NCBI GenBank assembly: GCA_043811395.1
Contig: JBDRNE010000037.1
Span: 1 to 47,767, forward strand
DNA from: Candidatus Omnitrophota bacterium
Lineage (GTDB): Bacteria > Omnitrophota > Gorgyraeia > Tantalellales > Tantalellaceae
DNA: 47,767 nt
Direction of reading: 5' to 3'
Position numbers and translations under genes: made by a program. Under the pieces are notes generated by a model that saw only the letters and a list, made by a program, of their open reading frames with translations, was not told the origin of the DNA and did not search any database. The stretch's first letter is position 1; each line of letters begins with the position of its first letter. This document shows, piece after piece, positions 29,282 through 40,106 of the stretch.

Positions 29282-30307
29282 TTAACCCTTTTTGTTCGTT
29301 ATCGCTATTAGCGCGTTAAGTTTTTCTAATGCCGCGCCTGTATCTATTGCCTGCGCGGATTTTTTTGTACCTTCTTTAAAACTTTTTACTTTTCCGGACG
29401 CCATAAGCGCCATACTTGAATTCATCAAAACAACATCTCGTTTGGCTCCGGGTTTTCCTTTTAAAACATCTCTTATTATTCGCGCGTTCGTTTTGACTGA
29501 CCCACCTCTTATATCTTTCATTTTAGCTTTTTTTAATCCAAAATCCGACGGACTAACAAAATAAGACCTAATTTTGCCTCCGCATAATTCACTAACTTTT
29601 GTTTTCGCGGTAATTGTAACTTCATCAACGGAATCCATGCCATGAACCACATAAGCCCTTTTCGTTCCCAACTTCTTGAGAACTTTGGCAAGTGTTTCAG
29701 TTAAATCTTTATCGTATACCCCTAAAACCTGGCATGTTGCCAACGCCGGGTTGGAAAGAGGCCCTAAAACATTAAATATAGTTCTTATCCCAATTTCTCT
29801 GCGCGGCAACGCCGCGTATTTCATGGCTGTATGAAAAAGCGGCGCATACAGAAAACCTATATTAATAGATTCAATGCATTTTTTTACCACTTTCAAAGAC
29901 ACGTCTACTTTTACCCCTAATTCTTCCAAAACATCCGCGCTCCCGCAGTTGCCGGAAGCGGATCTATTCCCATGTTTAGCTACTTTAACATTACAAGCCG
30001 CTACAACAAACGCCGAAACCGTCGAAATATTAAAAACATTTGTACCCGACCCGCCCGTTCCGCAAGTATCTACAATAGGGTCGGCTTTAAGACCAATTTT
30101 TATCTTAAGCGCTTTTTTTCTCATCACCTTTGCCGCACCCGTTATTTCATCAACAGTTTCACCCTTCATTCTAAGCGCGGTAATAAACGCGCCTATTTGC
30201 GCGGACGTACTTTGACCAGCCATAATACCGTCAAAAACCGAATAAACCTCTTTTTCGGTAAGATTATCTAATGCAACCGTTTTTTTAATCGCGCTTTGTA
30301 TATCCAT
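29282..30307 (-). CDS. trpD: Anthranilate phosphoribosyltransferase
   Basis: DTCGTGG, NIST, KHGNRS, RTIFN. Confidence 0.97.
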   Translation of the reverse strand: MDIQSAIKKTVALDNLTEKEVYSVFDGIMAGQSTSAQIGAFITALRMKGETVDEITGAAKVMRKKALKIKIGLKADPIVDTCGTGGSGTNVFNISTVSAFVVAACNVKVAKHGNRSASGNCGSADVLEELGVKVDVSLKVVKKCIESINIGFLYAPLFHTAMKYAALPRREIGIRTIFNVLGPLSNPALATCQVLGVYDKDLTETLAKVLKKLGTKRAYVVHGMDSVDEVTITAKTKVSELCGGKIRSYFVSPSDFGLKKAKMKDIRGGSVKTNARIIRDVLKGKPGAKRDVVLMNSSMALMASGKVKSFKEGTKKSAQAIDTGAALEKLNALIAITNKKG

Positions 30308-30320
30308 TTAGTTCCTCATG

Positions 30321-30884
30321 TTAAATTTTTATAAAATTTCTTAGGATGCTCATTCCATGAACGGTTAAAATTGATTCAGGATGAAATTGAACCCCCCACA
30401 TTGGTTTATCTTTATGTTTAATTCCCATAATTTCTTTTTCTTTTGTCCAAGCTGTAATTTCTAAAGGGGATTTTACACTTTTAGGGTCTATTACCAACGA
30501 ATGATATCTCGTCGCCGTAAATGGTGATGAAACTCCTCTAAAAATATATTTACCATTATGATAAATTTCACTCACCTTTCCATGCATAATACTTTTGCTT
30601 CTAACAATCTTCGCGCCGTAAACCTCAGCAATGCTTTGATGCCCCAAACACACTCCAAGTATCGGCACTTTATCCGCGAACTGAAGAATTACCTCTTTTG
30701 ATATTCCCGCGCCTTGAGGTCGTCCGGGACCCGGAGAAATTATTATTTTACTAGGCGCAAGTTTTTTAATCTCTTCAAGCGTTATTTTATCATTGCGGAA
30801 AACAACTACTTTTTCGCCAAGCTCGCCTATGTATTGAACAAGGTTATACGTAAACGAATCATAATTATCAACAACAAAAATCAT
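30321..30884 (-). CDS. trpG: Anthranilate synthase component II
   Basis: DNYDSF, SPGPG, GVCLGHQ, FHPES. Confidence 0.95.
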   Translation of the reverse strand: MIFVVDNYDSFTYNLVQYIGELGEKVVVFRNDKITLEEIKKLAPSKIIISPGPGRPQGAGISKEVILQFADKVPILGVCLGHQSIAEVYGAKIVRSKSIMHGKVSEIYHNGKYIFRGVSSPFTATRYHSLVIDPKSVKSPLEITAWTKEKEIMGIKHKDKPMWGVQFHPESILTVHGMSILRNFIKI

Positions 30885-32383
30885 TCCAAACCTCTCTCCG
30901 CGAATTCAACCGCCTTAAACATAGCCTTAGCTTTGTTCAAAGTTTCCTCATACTCCTTTTCAGGTTTTGAATCCAGGACAATTCCTGCCCCTGCCTGTAT
31001 AAAAGCGGTATCGCCTTTCATAACTATCGTTCTTATGGTTATGCACATATCCGTATTTCCGGAAAAGCTTATATACCCGACACAACCCGCATAAGGCCCA
31101 CGGCGTACGTTTTCCAGCTCATCAATAAGTTGCATAGCTCTAACCTTCGGAGCCCCCGTCACAGTTCCCGCGGGAAAAACGGCTTTAATTAAATCGTATA
31201 TATCCTTGTCTTTTCGCAAGACGCCTTCAACATCACTAACTATATGCATTACATGCGAATACCGTTCAACACACATCAGCTCTTTCACTTTTACGGTTGA
31301 ATACTCACATACCCTTCCGATATCATTACGCCCTAGATCAACCAGCATTATGTGTTCAGCTTTTTCTTTAGGATCAGCCAATAGTTCTTTTTCAAACTTT
31401 GCGTCTTCTTTTTCACCCCTTCCACGAGGACGAGTTCCGGCTATTGGACGCACTTCAACTACACGATTTTCGCATCTAACAAGAATCTCAGGAGAAGATC
31501 CTATTATTTTATACCCGCCAAACTTCAAGTAATACATATACGGCGAAGGGTTTATGGATCGCAATGCCCGATATATTGAAAAAGGTTCTACTTTTGTCTT
31601 TCGTTCAATACGCTGTGAAAGAACTAGCTGGATAACTTCACCCGCGCGAATATATGATTTTGCTTTTTTTACTATTTCACAAAATTTTTCCTTTGAGAAA
31701 TTTGATTTTAACCGGCTTTTCTTTACCTGTTTTTTTGTTTCTGTAAGATTTACTTTAAAATTTTTAAGCTTTTTTATTATTTTATCAATTTCCCTACACG
31801 CTTTATCATACGCTATTGCAGGATCACCTTTTATCACGGCATTTGAAACAATCTTAATTCGATGTTCAACATGGTCAAGAATAAGAATAGTATCCGTAAG
31901 AACAAACTGCATATCCGCGATATCAAAATCCGCAGGGTTCATATCCGGAACATTCTCAATATGCCTGACCATATCATACCCCATATAGCCGACTAATCCC
32001 CCGCAAAAACGCGGCAGGCCATCTACCGGTACAAACCGAAATTTATCCATAAGTTTTTTTATTTCATCTATCGGATTTGTTTTAGTTTTATACGTTTTCT
32101 TCTTCGTGCCTTCGGTAATACTGATAGTGTCTCCTCTGCTCTCAATGGTCAAAGACGGAGCGCTTCCTAGAAAAGAAAACCTTGCCATATGCTCTCCACC
32201 TTCTACAGATTCAAGAAGATATGAAAAATCTCCTTCATCAACTGCTAAAAAAACCGAAAGCGGCGTCCCAAAATCGTCCAGCATTTCACTGTAAACAGGT
32301 ATCACATTTCCTTTTTTTGCCAATTTTATAAACTCTTTTTTACTAGGGTAATACATATCCGAATTGGGTTCCTTTTTTGTCAT
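30881..32383 (-). CDS. trpE: Anthranilate synthase component I
   Basis: LLES, NPSPYM, PIAGTR, EHIMLVDLGRND; start 32383 or 32356. Confidence 0.95.
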   Translation of the reverse strand: MTKKEPNSDMYYPSKKEFIKLAKKGNVIPVYSEMLDDFGTPLSVFLAVDEGDFSYLLESVEGGEHMARFSFLGSAPSLTIESRGDTISITEGTKKKTYKTKTNPIDEIKKLMDKFRFVPVDGLPRFCGGLVGYMGYDMVRHIENVPDMNPADFDIADMQFVLTDTILILDHVEHRIKIVSNAVIKGDPAIAYDKACREIDKIIKKLKNFKVNLTETKKQVKKSRLKSNFSKEKFCEIVKKAKSYIRAGEVIQLVLSQRIERKTKVEPFSIYRALRSINPSPYMYYLKFGGYKIIGSSPEILVRCENRVVEVRPIAGTRPRGRGEKEDAKFEKELLADPKEKAEHIMLVDLGRNDIGRVCEYSTVKVKELMCVERYSHVMHIVSDVEGVLRKDKDIYDLIKAVFPAGTVTGAPKVRAMQLIDELENVRRGPYAGCVGYISFSGNTDMCITIRTIVMKGDTAFIQAGAGIVLDSKPEKEYEETLNKAKAMFKAVEFAERGLE

Positions 32384-32449
32384 TATTTTTGTAATCCTCC
32401 GCACTATGCGCTACAAAAGTTCTATTTTTTTTACGGTTTTCACGATTTC

Positions 32450-32530
32450 TGTCATTCTGAGCGAGACCGAAGGTTGAGTCGAAAAATCTGTTGTTTTCAT
32501 CCAGATCCCTCGACTCCGCTCGGGATAACA
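32450..32530. repeat. Palindromic MITE-like element (GTCATTCTGAGCG...CGCTCGGGATAAC)
   Basis: Imperfect terminal inverted arms with AATCT/AGAT inner ends; related units at 43-67, 26505-26523 and 32565-32592. Confidence 0.8.
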
Positions 32531-32615
32531 GGGGTTCCTCTCCACAGCTATCGTTGGTTCGTCATTTCCCTTCGCCTTTGGCTCGGGGAACCTGAAAGTT
32601 TACACAAGAAGAATA

Positions 32616-33011
32616 TCACGGTTTGTCATTCTTCCCATATACTTCTTTCGGGTCAAACACACGTTTTTCATCAATAGTAACGTTGCCCGTATCGTCTACT
32701 CCCCTAAAATAACAGCTGAAATAACCTTCATGACACGCCGCGCGTAGCTGTTCTACTTTAAAAAGAACAGAATTTTCAGCGCAATCCATATATACTTTCT
32801 TAACAAATTGCACACATCCGGAACTTTCCCCCTTTATCATTACTCTACCTTTTGAACGGCGAAACACATAAACTTTTTTTTCTTTAATAGTTTTTTCTAA
32901 AGCTTCTTTATTCATATAACAAAGCGTTAAAACCTGACCAGACTTTTCGTCTTGAATAATCGCGGGAATCAGCCCCTTTTCATCAAAATTCAATTTATCA
33001 ATAAAATTCAT
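32616..33011 (-). CDS. hisI: Phosphoribosyl-AMP cyclohydrolase
   Basis: GLIPAI, KGESSG, DC, ACHEG..SCY; no HisE domain. Confidence 0.93.
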   Translation of the reverse strand: MNFIDKLNFDEKGLIPAIIQDEKSGQVLTLCYMNKEALEKTIKEKKVYVFRRSKGRVMIKGESSGCVQFVKKVYMDCAENSVLFKVEQLRAACHEGYFSCYFRGVDDTGNVTIDEKRVFDPKEVYGKNDKP

Positions 33012-33058
33012 TCTGTAACCTCTCTATTTTTCGTTTTATATGCATCCAAATACATCAG

Positions 33059-33820
33059 TTAACCAATGCGCACAGCAACATTTTTTTGCTTAAGATACTT
33101 TTTTACCTCACCGATGGTAAACTCTTTAAAATGAAAAACTGACGCCGCAAGAGCCGCGGACGCTTTTCCTTCTACAAATGCTGAATAAAAATGCTCGAGA
33201 TTACCGCACCCACCGGAAGCAATCACCGGAATATTTACCGCGGTACTAATTGCCCTGGTCAAATCTATATCATATCCTCTTTTTGTCCCATCAGAATCCA
33301 TACTTGTTAAAAGAATTTCACCCGCGCCTAATTTTTCAGCCTGCTTGGCCCAGCTTACAGCATCGAGCCCGACAGGTTCCCGGCCGCCTTTTATGTATAC
33401 TTCCCACGAATCCGCGTCTCTTTTTTTTGCGTCAATAGCCACAACAATACATTGCCGGCCAAACTTATCACTTGCCTCTTTTATAAAATCGGGACGCAAA
33501 ACCGCGAATGTATTTATCGATATTTTGTCACAACCAGCATTTAAAAGTTCTCTGATGTCTTCCTTTGAATATATACCCCCACCTACAGTAAATGGCATAA
33601 AAACTTTTTTCGCTACTTCCCTTACAACATCCACCATTGTTTTACGTTTTTCATAACTAGCCGTTATATCTAAAAAAACCAATTCATCCGCGCCTTCATC
33701 ATTATAAATTTTAGCGTTTTCCACGGGGTCGCCCGCATCGCGTAAATCAACAAAGTTAACCCCCTTCACTACCCGACCGTCTTTAACATCAAGACACGGA
33801 ATTATCCGCTTCGCCAACAT
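33059..33820 (-). CDS. hisF: IGP synthase cyclase subunit
   Basis: [23 protein letters not shown]. Confidence 0.97.
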   Translation of the reverse strand: MLAKRIIPCLDVKDGRVVKGVNFVDLRDAGDPVENAKIYNDEGADELVFLDITASYEKRKTMVDVVREVAKKVFMPFTVGGGIYSKEDIRELLNAGCDKISINTFAVLRPDFIKEASDKFGRQCIVVAIDAKKRDADSWEVYIKGGREPVGLDAVSWAKQAEKLGAGEILLTSMDSDGTKRGYDIDLTRAISTAVNIPVIASGGCGNLEHFYSAFVEGKASAALAASVFHFKEFTIGEVKKYLKQKNVAVRIG

Positions 33821-34529
33821 CAACTGCCTCCTTAAGGTCTAATGTGTCTTCATAAAGAGCTCGTCCGATTATTACGCCCGAAAGACCGTCTTTTTCCAGT
33901 TTTTTAAGCATTTTTATGTGTTCTATTGTTTTTACCCCACCTGCTGATATAATTTTAATCGTTGTTTTCTGTAAAATCTCTTTTAAAGCCTCTATGTTAG
34001 GCCCCGAAAGCATACCGTCTCTTTTAATATCCGTATAAATAATTTCCTTAACGCCTAAATTAATGAAAAAATCTAAAACAACCGAAACATCCAAATCTAC
34101 CGTCTCTTCCCACCCGCGAACACTTGGCCTTAATTCTTTAACATCCAGGCTAAAAATCACTTTTTCACCAAAAGTTTTTACACAATCCCCAGTAAAACTC
34201 ATATCTTCAAAAGCCCGAGAGCCGACAACTACCCGCCAAACGCCTTTATCCAAAACCTGCTGAATATTTTCCTGCGTACGAAACCCGCCTCCCGCTTCAA
34301 CCGGAATATTAACCGCGCGCGCTATTTTTTCAATAACTGAAATATTTACCGGACGTCCTTCTTTCGCGCCGTCCAGATCAACAATATGCAGGAGTTTCGC
34401 TCCTAAAGACTCCCACTTACACGCGGCAGAAACAGGGTCAATATCATAAGTTAACTTACAATCATATTTCCCCTGTTCTAACCGTACAGTTTTTCCATCA
34501 ATTAAATCAATCGCCGGTATTACTCTCAT
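33789..34529 (-). CDS. hisA: ProFAR isomerase
   Basis: [23 protein letters not shown]; start ATG 34529. Confidence 0.96.
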   Translation of the reverse strand: MRVIPAIDLIDGKTVRLEQGKYDCKLTYDIDPVSAACKWESLGAKLLHIVDLDGAKEGRPVNISVIEKIARAVNIPVEAGGGFRTQENIQQVLDKGVWRVVVGSRAFEDMSFTGDCVKTFGEKVIFSLDVKELRPSVRGWEETVDLDVSVVLDFFINLGVKEIIYTDIKRDGMLSGPNIEALKEILQKTTIKIISAGGVKTIEHIKMLKKLEKDGLSGVIIGRALYEDTLDLKEAVDVGEADNSVS

Positions 34530-35134
34530 AATCCTCCAAAATTTGTTAAAATCTTTAAACCGTTTTTCTGCGATCTTTCGGGATGGAATTGTACCGCGTA
34601 AACATTTTCTTTCCAAATCGCGGAAGTATAAATAATTCCATATTCTGTTTCGCCTAATGTAAATTTAGACTCTTCGTTATCGCAATAATATGAATGAACA
34701 AAATAAAAATAACTGTTGTCTTTAATCCCTTTAAAAACAGGGCAAGGCGCGCCAATAAACTTTACAGTATTCCATCCTATTTGCGGAACCTTTAATTCAT
34801 TCAAAGGCTTAAAAAGCTTAACCTCACCTTTAAGGAGCCCCAAACATTCATTGCTTCCAAATTCAAAACTACGGTTAAACAAAAGCTGAAGCCCAAGACA
34901 TATACCTAGAAAATCTTTACCCTCTTTTATATTTCTTAAAAGGGGTTCTATAAACCCATTTTGCCTTAACCCCTGCATGGCATCTTTTGACGCGCCAACT
35001 CCGGGTAACACAATTTTATCAACGTAGTCCAATTCGTCAGGTTTCGTGCACACACAAACATTTTGACCTAAATATTGGAAAGCATTATAAACACTTCTTA
35101 AATTCCCCGCGCCATAATCTATTATCCCAATCAT
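34526..35134 (-). CDS. hisH: IGP synthase glutaminase subunit
   Basis: DYGAGN, PGVG, GICLG, FVHSY, QFHPE. Confidence 0.96.
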   Translation of the reverse strand: MIGIIDYGAGNLRSVYNAFQYLGQNVCVCTKPDELDYVDKIVLPGVGASKDAMQGLRQNGFIEPLLRNIKEGKDFLGICLGLQLLFNRSFEFGSNECLGLLKGEVKLFKPLNELKVPQIGWNTVKFIGAPCPVFKGIKDNSYFYFVHSYYCDNEESKFTLGETEYGIIYTSAIWKENVYAVQFHPERSQKNGLKILTNFGGL

Positions 35135-35155
35135 TGTTAGTCCTTAATTTCTCCA

Positions 35156-35230
35156 CGTACCTAGCGTATGTCGTATATCGTATATCGAATGTCGTATGCC
35201 TCATATAGTATATCTTGTACGGTGTATCGA
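35156..35230. repeat. CGTATAT-type heptamer tract
   Basis: CGTATGT CGTATAT CGTATAT CGAATGT CGTATGC... Confidence 0.8.
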
Positions 35231-35348
35231 TGAAAATGTTATGTAATTAAAGTAAGCAAGGCTCACCCCTCGCAATCCCCGTGAGTTACGAGGCAATGTA
35301 CAGCGCTTATTTCAAAACTGGCTAATCGACTAACTAAAAAATTCGCCG

Positions 35349-35987
35349 TTATAAAATTCCTTTACTGGACGGCACTTCATCCGCTCTTCGCGCGTCAATA
35401 GACGTTGCTTTGTCAAGCGCCATTCCCAAAGCTTTAAACACAGCTTCAAGATGATGATGCATGTCACCTTCCCCATTTATTTCAATATGTAAATTAATAC
35501 AAAGCTTTTTTGCGAAACTATCTAAAAAATCTTTAGCGTAATGCACTGAATATCCTTCTTGCTCTTTGTTAACATCATAATAAATGTTCGGAGGGCCTAT
35601 ACATTTAAACGCCGGGCGATTAGATAGATCTATTAAAACCTTAGCACTAGCCATATCCATTGGAACTTCCACTGAAGCGGTTCTTGTTATGCCGCGGCTT
35701 TCCCCCAAAGCTTTTTTAAACGCTTCACCAAGCGCGAGTCCTATATCTTCATTTAGATGATGCTTGTCAACATGAGTATCGCCCTTCGCGTTAAGCTCCA
35801 AATCAAAATATCCATGATAGGCAAACAAGGTAAGCATGTGATCCAGAAAACCTATTGAAGTAGATATTTTGCTTTTTCCCGTACCGTCAATATTTAAAAC
35901 AGGTATTTCTATCTGAGTTTCTTTAGATTTTCTTTCGTATTGTGCTTGCCTTAGTTTTCCTTTTCTTTTTCCAGAAAATATTCCCAT
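35349..35987 (-). CDS. hisB: Imidazoleglycerol-phosphate dehydratase
   Basis: GFLDHML, DKHHLNED, HHHLEAVFKA, PSSKG. Confidence 0.96.
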   Translation of the reverse strand: MGIFSGKRKGKLRQAQYERKSKETQIEIPVLNIDGTGKSKISTSIGFLDHMLTLFAYHGYFDLELNAKGDTHVDKHHLNEDIGLALGEAFKKALGESRGITRTASVEVPMDMASAKVLIDLSNRPAFKCIGPPNIYYDVNKEQEGYSVHYAKDFLDSFAKKLCINLHIEINGEGDMHHHLEAVFKALGMALDKATSIDARRADEVPSSKGIL

Positions 35988-36080
35988 TGCTTCCTCCCCC
36001 TAATTATAATCCGTATATCAAGTCAAGTATCGCGTGTCGTACACTCGAATATAACCTACAGCACACTATTTTACCATTGC

Positions 36081-36105
36081 GGGAGGACACAAGGGCCTCC
36101 CCTAC
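36081..36105 (-). repeat. GTAG-type REP
   Basis: Minus strand GTAG-GGGAGG-CCCTTGTGT-CCTCCC. Confidence 0.85.
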
Positions 36106-36125
36106 AATATCTTCACATATACTTT

Positions 36126-37352
36126 TTATCCATCACACCTTTGCTTAACCGATAGCCAGTGATTCTCAAGTTTTTCAAGTTCTGCTATTTCTTTCACCCA
36201 GCCCGCGGAATTACTAAGAGCCTTACGAGAATACGAAATAATATGGGAACTTTTGATGAAACTTCTCAAATTAAGCCCGGAAGAATATTTTGCCGTTCCT
36301 CCCGTAGGCAAAACATGACTCGGCCCGGCAATATAATCACCAATCGCGACAGGCGAATACTGTCCAAGAAAAATCGCGCCCGCGTTCGTAATATTTTTTA
36401 ATACGCGTTTCGGCGACTTAACCATAAGCTGAAGATGTTCCGGAGCAATCATGTTTGATATATCTGCCGCGGTTTCCAGATTCTTAACCTTAATAATATA
36501 ACCTGGCGTATCCTTATCCTTCCGTAAAGCGTTAAACACTCTTCGTGACGGCGTAACAAGTATTGACAACCCTTTATGATGCTCGGCCTGCGCCATAACA
36601 TCCCTTTTTAAATAATCTATATTCGCGTATCTATTAGCGATAATAAGAACTTCACTCGGACCCGCCAACATATCTATATCGCAATATCCAAAAACCTGGC
36701 GTTTAGCTTCAGTAACATATTCATTTCCCGGCCCGACAATTTTGTCCACTTTTGACACGGTTTTAGTACCAAAAGCAAGCGCCGCTATTGCCTGGGCTCC
36801 ACCGATTTTATATATTTCGTCCACTTTTAGAAGATTCGCGACTACTAGTATATACGGATCAATACTTTTATATTTATTCGGAGGCGAAACCATTACTATC
36901 TTTTTTACACCCGCGATTTTAGCCGGTAAAACCGTCATATATACGCTTGACACCAAAGGAACAGTACCACTCGGAACATAAACCCCGACTCTTTCGATAG
37001 GCACAAATTTTTCTCCAAGCTCAATTCCTGATTCCTGTTTTATTGACCATGATTTTGGAACCTGATTCGTATAGAACTTATTTATGTTTCGTATAATCTC
37101 CTTCAATGTATTAACTATTTCAGGTTTTATGTCTTGATATGCGCCGCTAATTTCAGCTTCAGTAACTAGCAGGTCTTTTCTAGGGATATCAATTTTATCA
37201 AACATTTTTGTATACCGTAAAAGCGCTTTATCTCCATCACGACGCACACCGTCAATTATTCTGGAAACTTTCTTTTGCAAGCGAATTCTTCCGGTATCAT
37301 ACCTGTTAACCAAATTATTAAAAGCAATACTGTTTATTTTTACAGCGCGCAT
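36126..37352 (-). CDS. hisD: Histidinol dehydrogenase
   Basis: [31 protein letters not shown]; start ATG 37352. Confidence 0.96.
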   Translation of the reverse strand: MRAVKINSIAFNNLVNRYDTGRIRLQKKVSRIIDGVRRDGDKALLRYTKMFDKIDIPRKDLLVTEAEISGAYQDIKPEIVNTLKEIIRNINKFYTNQVPKSWSIKQESGIELGEKFVPIERVGVYVPSGTVPLVSSVYMTVLPAKIAGVKKIVMVSPPNKYKSIDPYILVVANLLKVDEIYKIGGAQAIAALAFGTKTVSKVDKIVGPGNEYVTEAKRQVFGYCDIDMLAGPSEVLIIANRYANIDYLKRDVMAQAEHHKGLSILVTPSRRVFNALRKDKDTPGYIIKVKNLETAADISNMIAPEHLQLMVKSPKRVLKNITNAGAIFLGQYSPVAIGDYIAGPSHVLPTGGTAKYSSGLNLRSFIKSSHIISYSRKALSNSAGWVKEIAELEKLENHWLSVKQRCDG

Positions 37353-37353
37353 A

Positions 37354-40053
37354 CTAACCCTTTCTTTCTGTTTTCCGTAAACATTTTTCAACCGCCTTAA
37401 GTGCCGCCTTAAGCCCGGATGGATTTTTGCCTCCGGCCTGAGCAAAGGTAGGTTTTCCTCCACCCGCGCCATCAATATCTTTTGCCGCCTCTTTTATTAT
37501 TTCTTGCGCGTTTGCAAGCGCGTTAGAAGAAGTAACTGCAAAATACGCTGAACCTTCTTTACTACTCCCGACAATAACAACGTCCGCCTTTTTTTCAAGA
37601 TATGCCGCTACTTTGTAAAGAAGAGTTTTATCTAAATCTTTAAACTCGGCTAAAATAACTTTTTTCCCAGCGATTTCACAAAAACGCGCCGCCTCTTCGT
37701 CAGCTTTTTTTATCGCACGATTCAAGATACCGGATTCTTTTTGTTTTTTCTCTTTTTTTGCCGCTTTTTCAATGTATTCCACGACGTTTTTGAATGCAGG
37801 CAAAATATTTTCTCCAACATCATGGATAACATCTTTATTTATTTTTATGTTTCCTTCAATTATTTTTAGAGCATCAGAATAAAAAGACTTATCAAATTTG
37901 TCATCAAAAAAAGCATCTTTAAACCCACCTTTATCAAGATAAGCCTTAAGTTTTCGTTTTACCCAATCTTCCGCGCGAACACCCGTTACTGCCTCTATAC
38001 GTCTAATCCCGCTTGCGACTGAACTTTCTGAAACAATTTTTATTACGCCAATGTCTTTGATATTGTCAATATGCGTACCACCACACAGTTCTTTTGATTT
38101 ATCCCCGATAGTAACAACCCTTACAGTCTCTCCATATTTTTCTCCAAAAAAAGAAAGAGCGCCTTCTTCTTTTGCCGTTTTTAATGTCTTTGTTTCTTTC
38201 TCGACAGGAAGGGCCTCTTCTATCCAGGTATTTACCATATACTCAATGTTTTCCAATTCCCTGTCCGTAAGTTTTTTCATATGCGTAAAATCAAACCGTA
38301 ACCTTTTGTCATCCACATATGACCCTGACTGTTTTACATGTTCGCCCAAAACATTCCTCAGCCCCGCTTGAAGTAAATGTGTCGCAGTATGGTTTTTAGC
38401 TGTATTTTGCTTTTTTTCAGAATTAAGCGAAATCTCTATCTTTTCGTTCTTCTTGAAACTGCCTTTAATAGCTATAACCCCAAATATTTTCTTGCCCCCT
38501 GTTTCAAAAGTGTTCATAATATTCATCACCGCGCCTGGTTTAATTATAACACCCGTATCGCCAACCTGGCCTCCCGCTTCTGAATAAAAATTACTGCTTT
38601 GCGGGCTTGTAACTATTTCCGCGCATTCACCTTCGCGTATTTCATCTGAAACCTTGTCTTCCTTAACAATAAACTCAATTCGCGCTAAAAGCGGAAGTTT
38701 ATCAGAATACTCCGGGTTTGGGGCCGCGCGAAATTGGTCCGGTTTAAATATAAATTCACAAGCAATGTCACTACCCTTACGAGATTCTTCCTTGCGCCGG
38801 CACATTAGTTTTTCGAATCCTTTAGTATCAAGAATTATTTTATCTTTTTCCGCTTCTTCTTTTATTACCTCAAGCGGCAACCCATAAGTATCAACCAGCT
38901 TAAAGATAGCGTCTCCAGCCACACTGCCTTTCCCCTGGTAAGCCATATCTTTAAACATCGGTAAAACTGAATTCAAAGTTTCACTAAACTTGCCTTCCTC
39001 TTCTTTGATAATAGCGCTAATATGCTCTCGCCTGTCATAGATTTCAGGATAGATCTCCTTCATAAGACTTACAACTTTCGGAACAAGGTTGTACAAAAAC
39101 GGGCCTTTTCTCGGGCTTCTCAAATAAGATCGTCTAATCAATTTTCTCACAACGTATCCTCTTTTTTCATTAGAAGGAGAAACCCCTTCCGCTATCGCGA
39201 AAACTGACGCGCGAATATGATCAGCTATAAGGCATACGTTTTCAGAAGAAATACTATCGCCGTTTTTTTTAAACTCTTTTGCAATCTCATCAATTACCGG
39301 TTGAAAGAGATCCGTTTCAAAATTCGTTTTTACGTTTTGCATAACTGACGTCACGCGTTCCAATCCCATACCGGTATCAATATTCCTATTAGGTAGCGGA
39401 ATAAGCGCGCCATCCGGTTTTCTTTCGAACTCAGTAAACACAAGATTCCAAACTTCAACAAATCTTCCGCAATCACAGGCAGGGTTACAATCCTCTTTCC
39501 CGCATCCTATATCTTCTCCCCAGTCATAAAAAATTTCAGAACATGGTCCGCAAGGCCCATTCGGCCCTTTAAGAGGAGCATCGGCCGGCCAAAAATTATC
39601 TTTAGCTCCAAGCTTAACTATTCTTTCAGGTTGAACATGCACATCACAACGCCATATCGCATAAGACTCTTCATCCTCTTTATAAACCGATACCCATAAC
39701 CTTTGTTCTGGAATTTTCATTTCTTTTGTCATAAATTCCCATGCCCAAAAAATAGCTTCTTTTTTAAAATAGTCTCCAAAAGAAAAATTTCCAAGCATTT
39801 CAAAAAAGGTATGATGCCTAGGCGTCTTCCCAACATTTTCCAGGTCTCCCGTGCGCAAACATTTTTGACAGGTCACCGCGCGTGTAAACGTTATATTTTT
39901 CCCCATGAACTGTTCTTTAAACTGGTTCATCCCCGCGCCTGTAAAAAGTAACGTGGGGTCATCCTTTGGGACAAGCAAATCACTTTCAATTACGGCATGT
40001 CCTTTTTGTTTAAAAAACCTTAAAAATCTTTTTCTTATTTCGTTTGATTTCAT
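37354..40053 (-). CDS. alaS: Alanine--tRNA ligase
   Basis: FFEMLGNFSFGDYFK, DTGMGLER, HTATH, ELCGGTH, GGGK..AQAG. Confidence 0.98.
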   Translation of the reverse strand: MKSNEIRKRFLRFFKQKGHAVIESDLLVPKDDPTLLFTGAGMNQFKEQFMGKNITFTRAVTCQKCLRTGDLENVGKTPRHHTFFEMLGNFSFGDYFKKEAIFWAWEFMTKEMKIPEQRLWVSVYKEDEESYAIWRCDVHVQPERIVKLGAKDNFWPADAPLKGPNGPCGPCSEIFYDWGEDIGCGKEDCNPACDCGRFVEVWNLVFTEFERKPDGALIPLPNRNIDTGMGLERVTSVMQNVKTNFETDLFQPVIDEIAKEFKKNGDSISSENVCLIADHIRASVFAIAEGVSPSNEKRGYVVRKLIRRSYLRSPRKGPFLYNLVPKVVSLMKEIYPEIYDRREHISAIIKEEEGKFSETLNSVLPMFKDMAYQGKGSVAGDAIFKLVDTYGLPLEVIKEEAEKDKIILDTKGFEKLMCRRKEESRKGSDIACEFIFKPDQFRAAPNPEYSDKLPLLARIEFIVKEDKVSDEIREGECAEIVTSPQSSNFYSEAGGQVGDTGVIIKPGAVMNIMNTFETGGKKIFGVIAIKGSFKKNEKIEISLNSEKKQNTAKNHTATHLLQAGLRNVLGEHVKQSGSYVDDKRLRFDFTHMKKLTDRELENIEYMVNTWIEEALPVEKETKTLKTAKEEGALSFFGEKYGETVRVVTIGDKSKELCGGTHIDNIKDIGVIKIVSESSVASGIRRIEAVTGVRAEDWVKRKLKAYLDKGGFKDAFFDDKFDKSFYSDALKIIEGNIKINKDVIHDVGENILPAFKNVVEYIEKAAKKEKKQKESGILNRAIKKADEEAARFCEIAGKKVILAEFKDLDKTLLYKVAAYLEKKADVVIVGSSKEGSAYFAVTSSNALANAQEIIKEAAKDIDGAGGGKPTFAQAGGKNPSGLKAALKAVEKCLRKTERKG

Positions 40054-40106
40054 GATTCTAATTCTTTTCGCTATATTACACTTATTGTTGGGTGAAACGT
40101 ATCACC

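Noticed and set aside
32404-32616. Possible trp attenuator or T-box upstream of trpE
   Set aside because: The only mini-ORF with an SD (MTNQR*) has no Trp, no T-box consensus is visible, and the hairpins are explained by repeats.
25555-36105. Repeats as a CRISPR array
   Set aside because: No regular repeat-spacer period and no cas genes.
9884-37475. Apparent N-terminal extensions on apgM, thrC, lepB, the M16 peptidase, hisA and hisD in the ORF track
   Set aside because: These are longest-ORF artefacts; downstream starts match family N-termini and mostly have SD sites or stop/start coupling.
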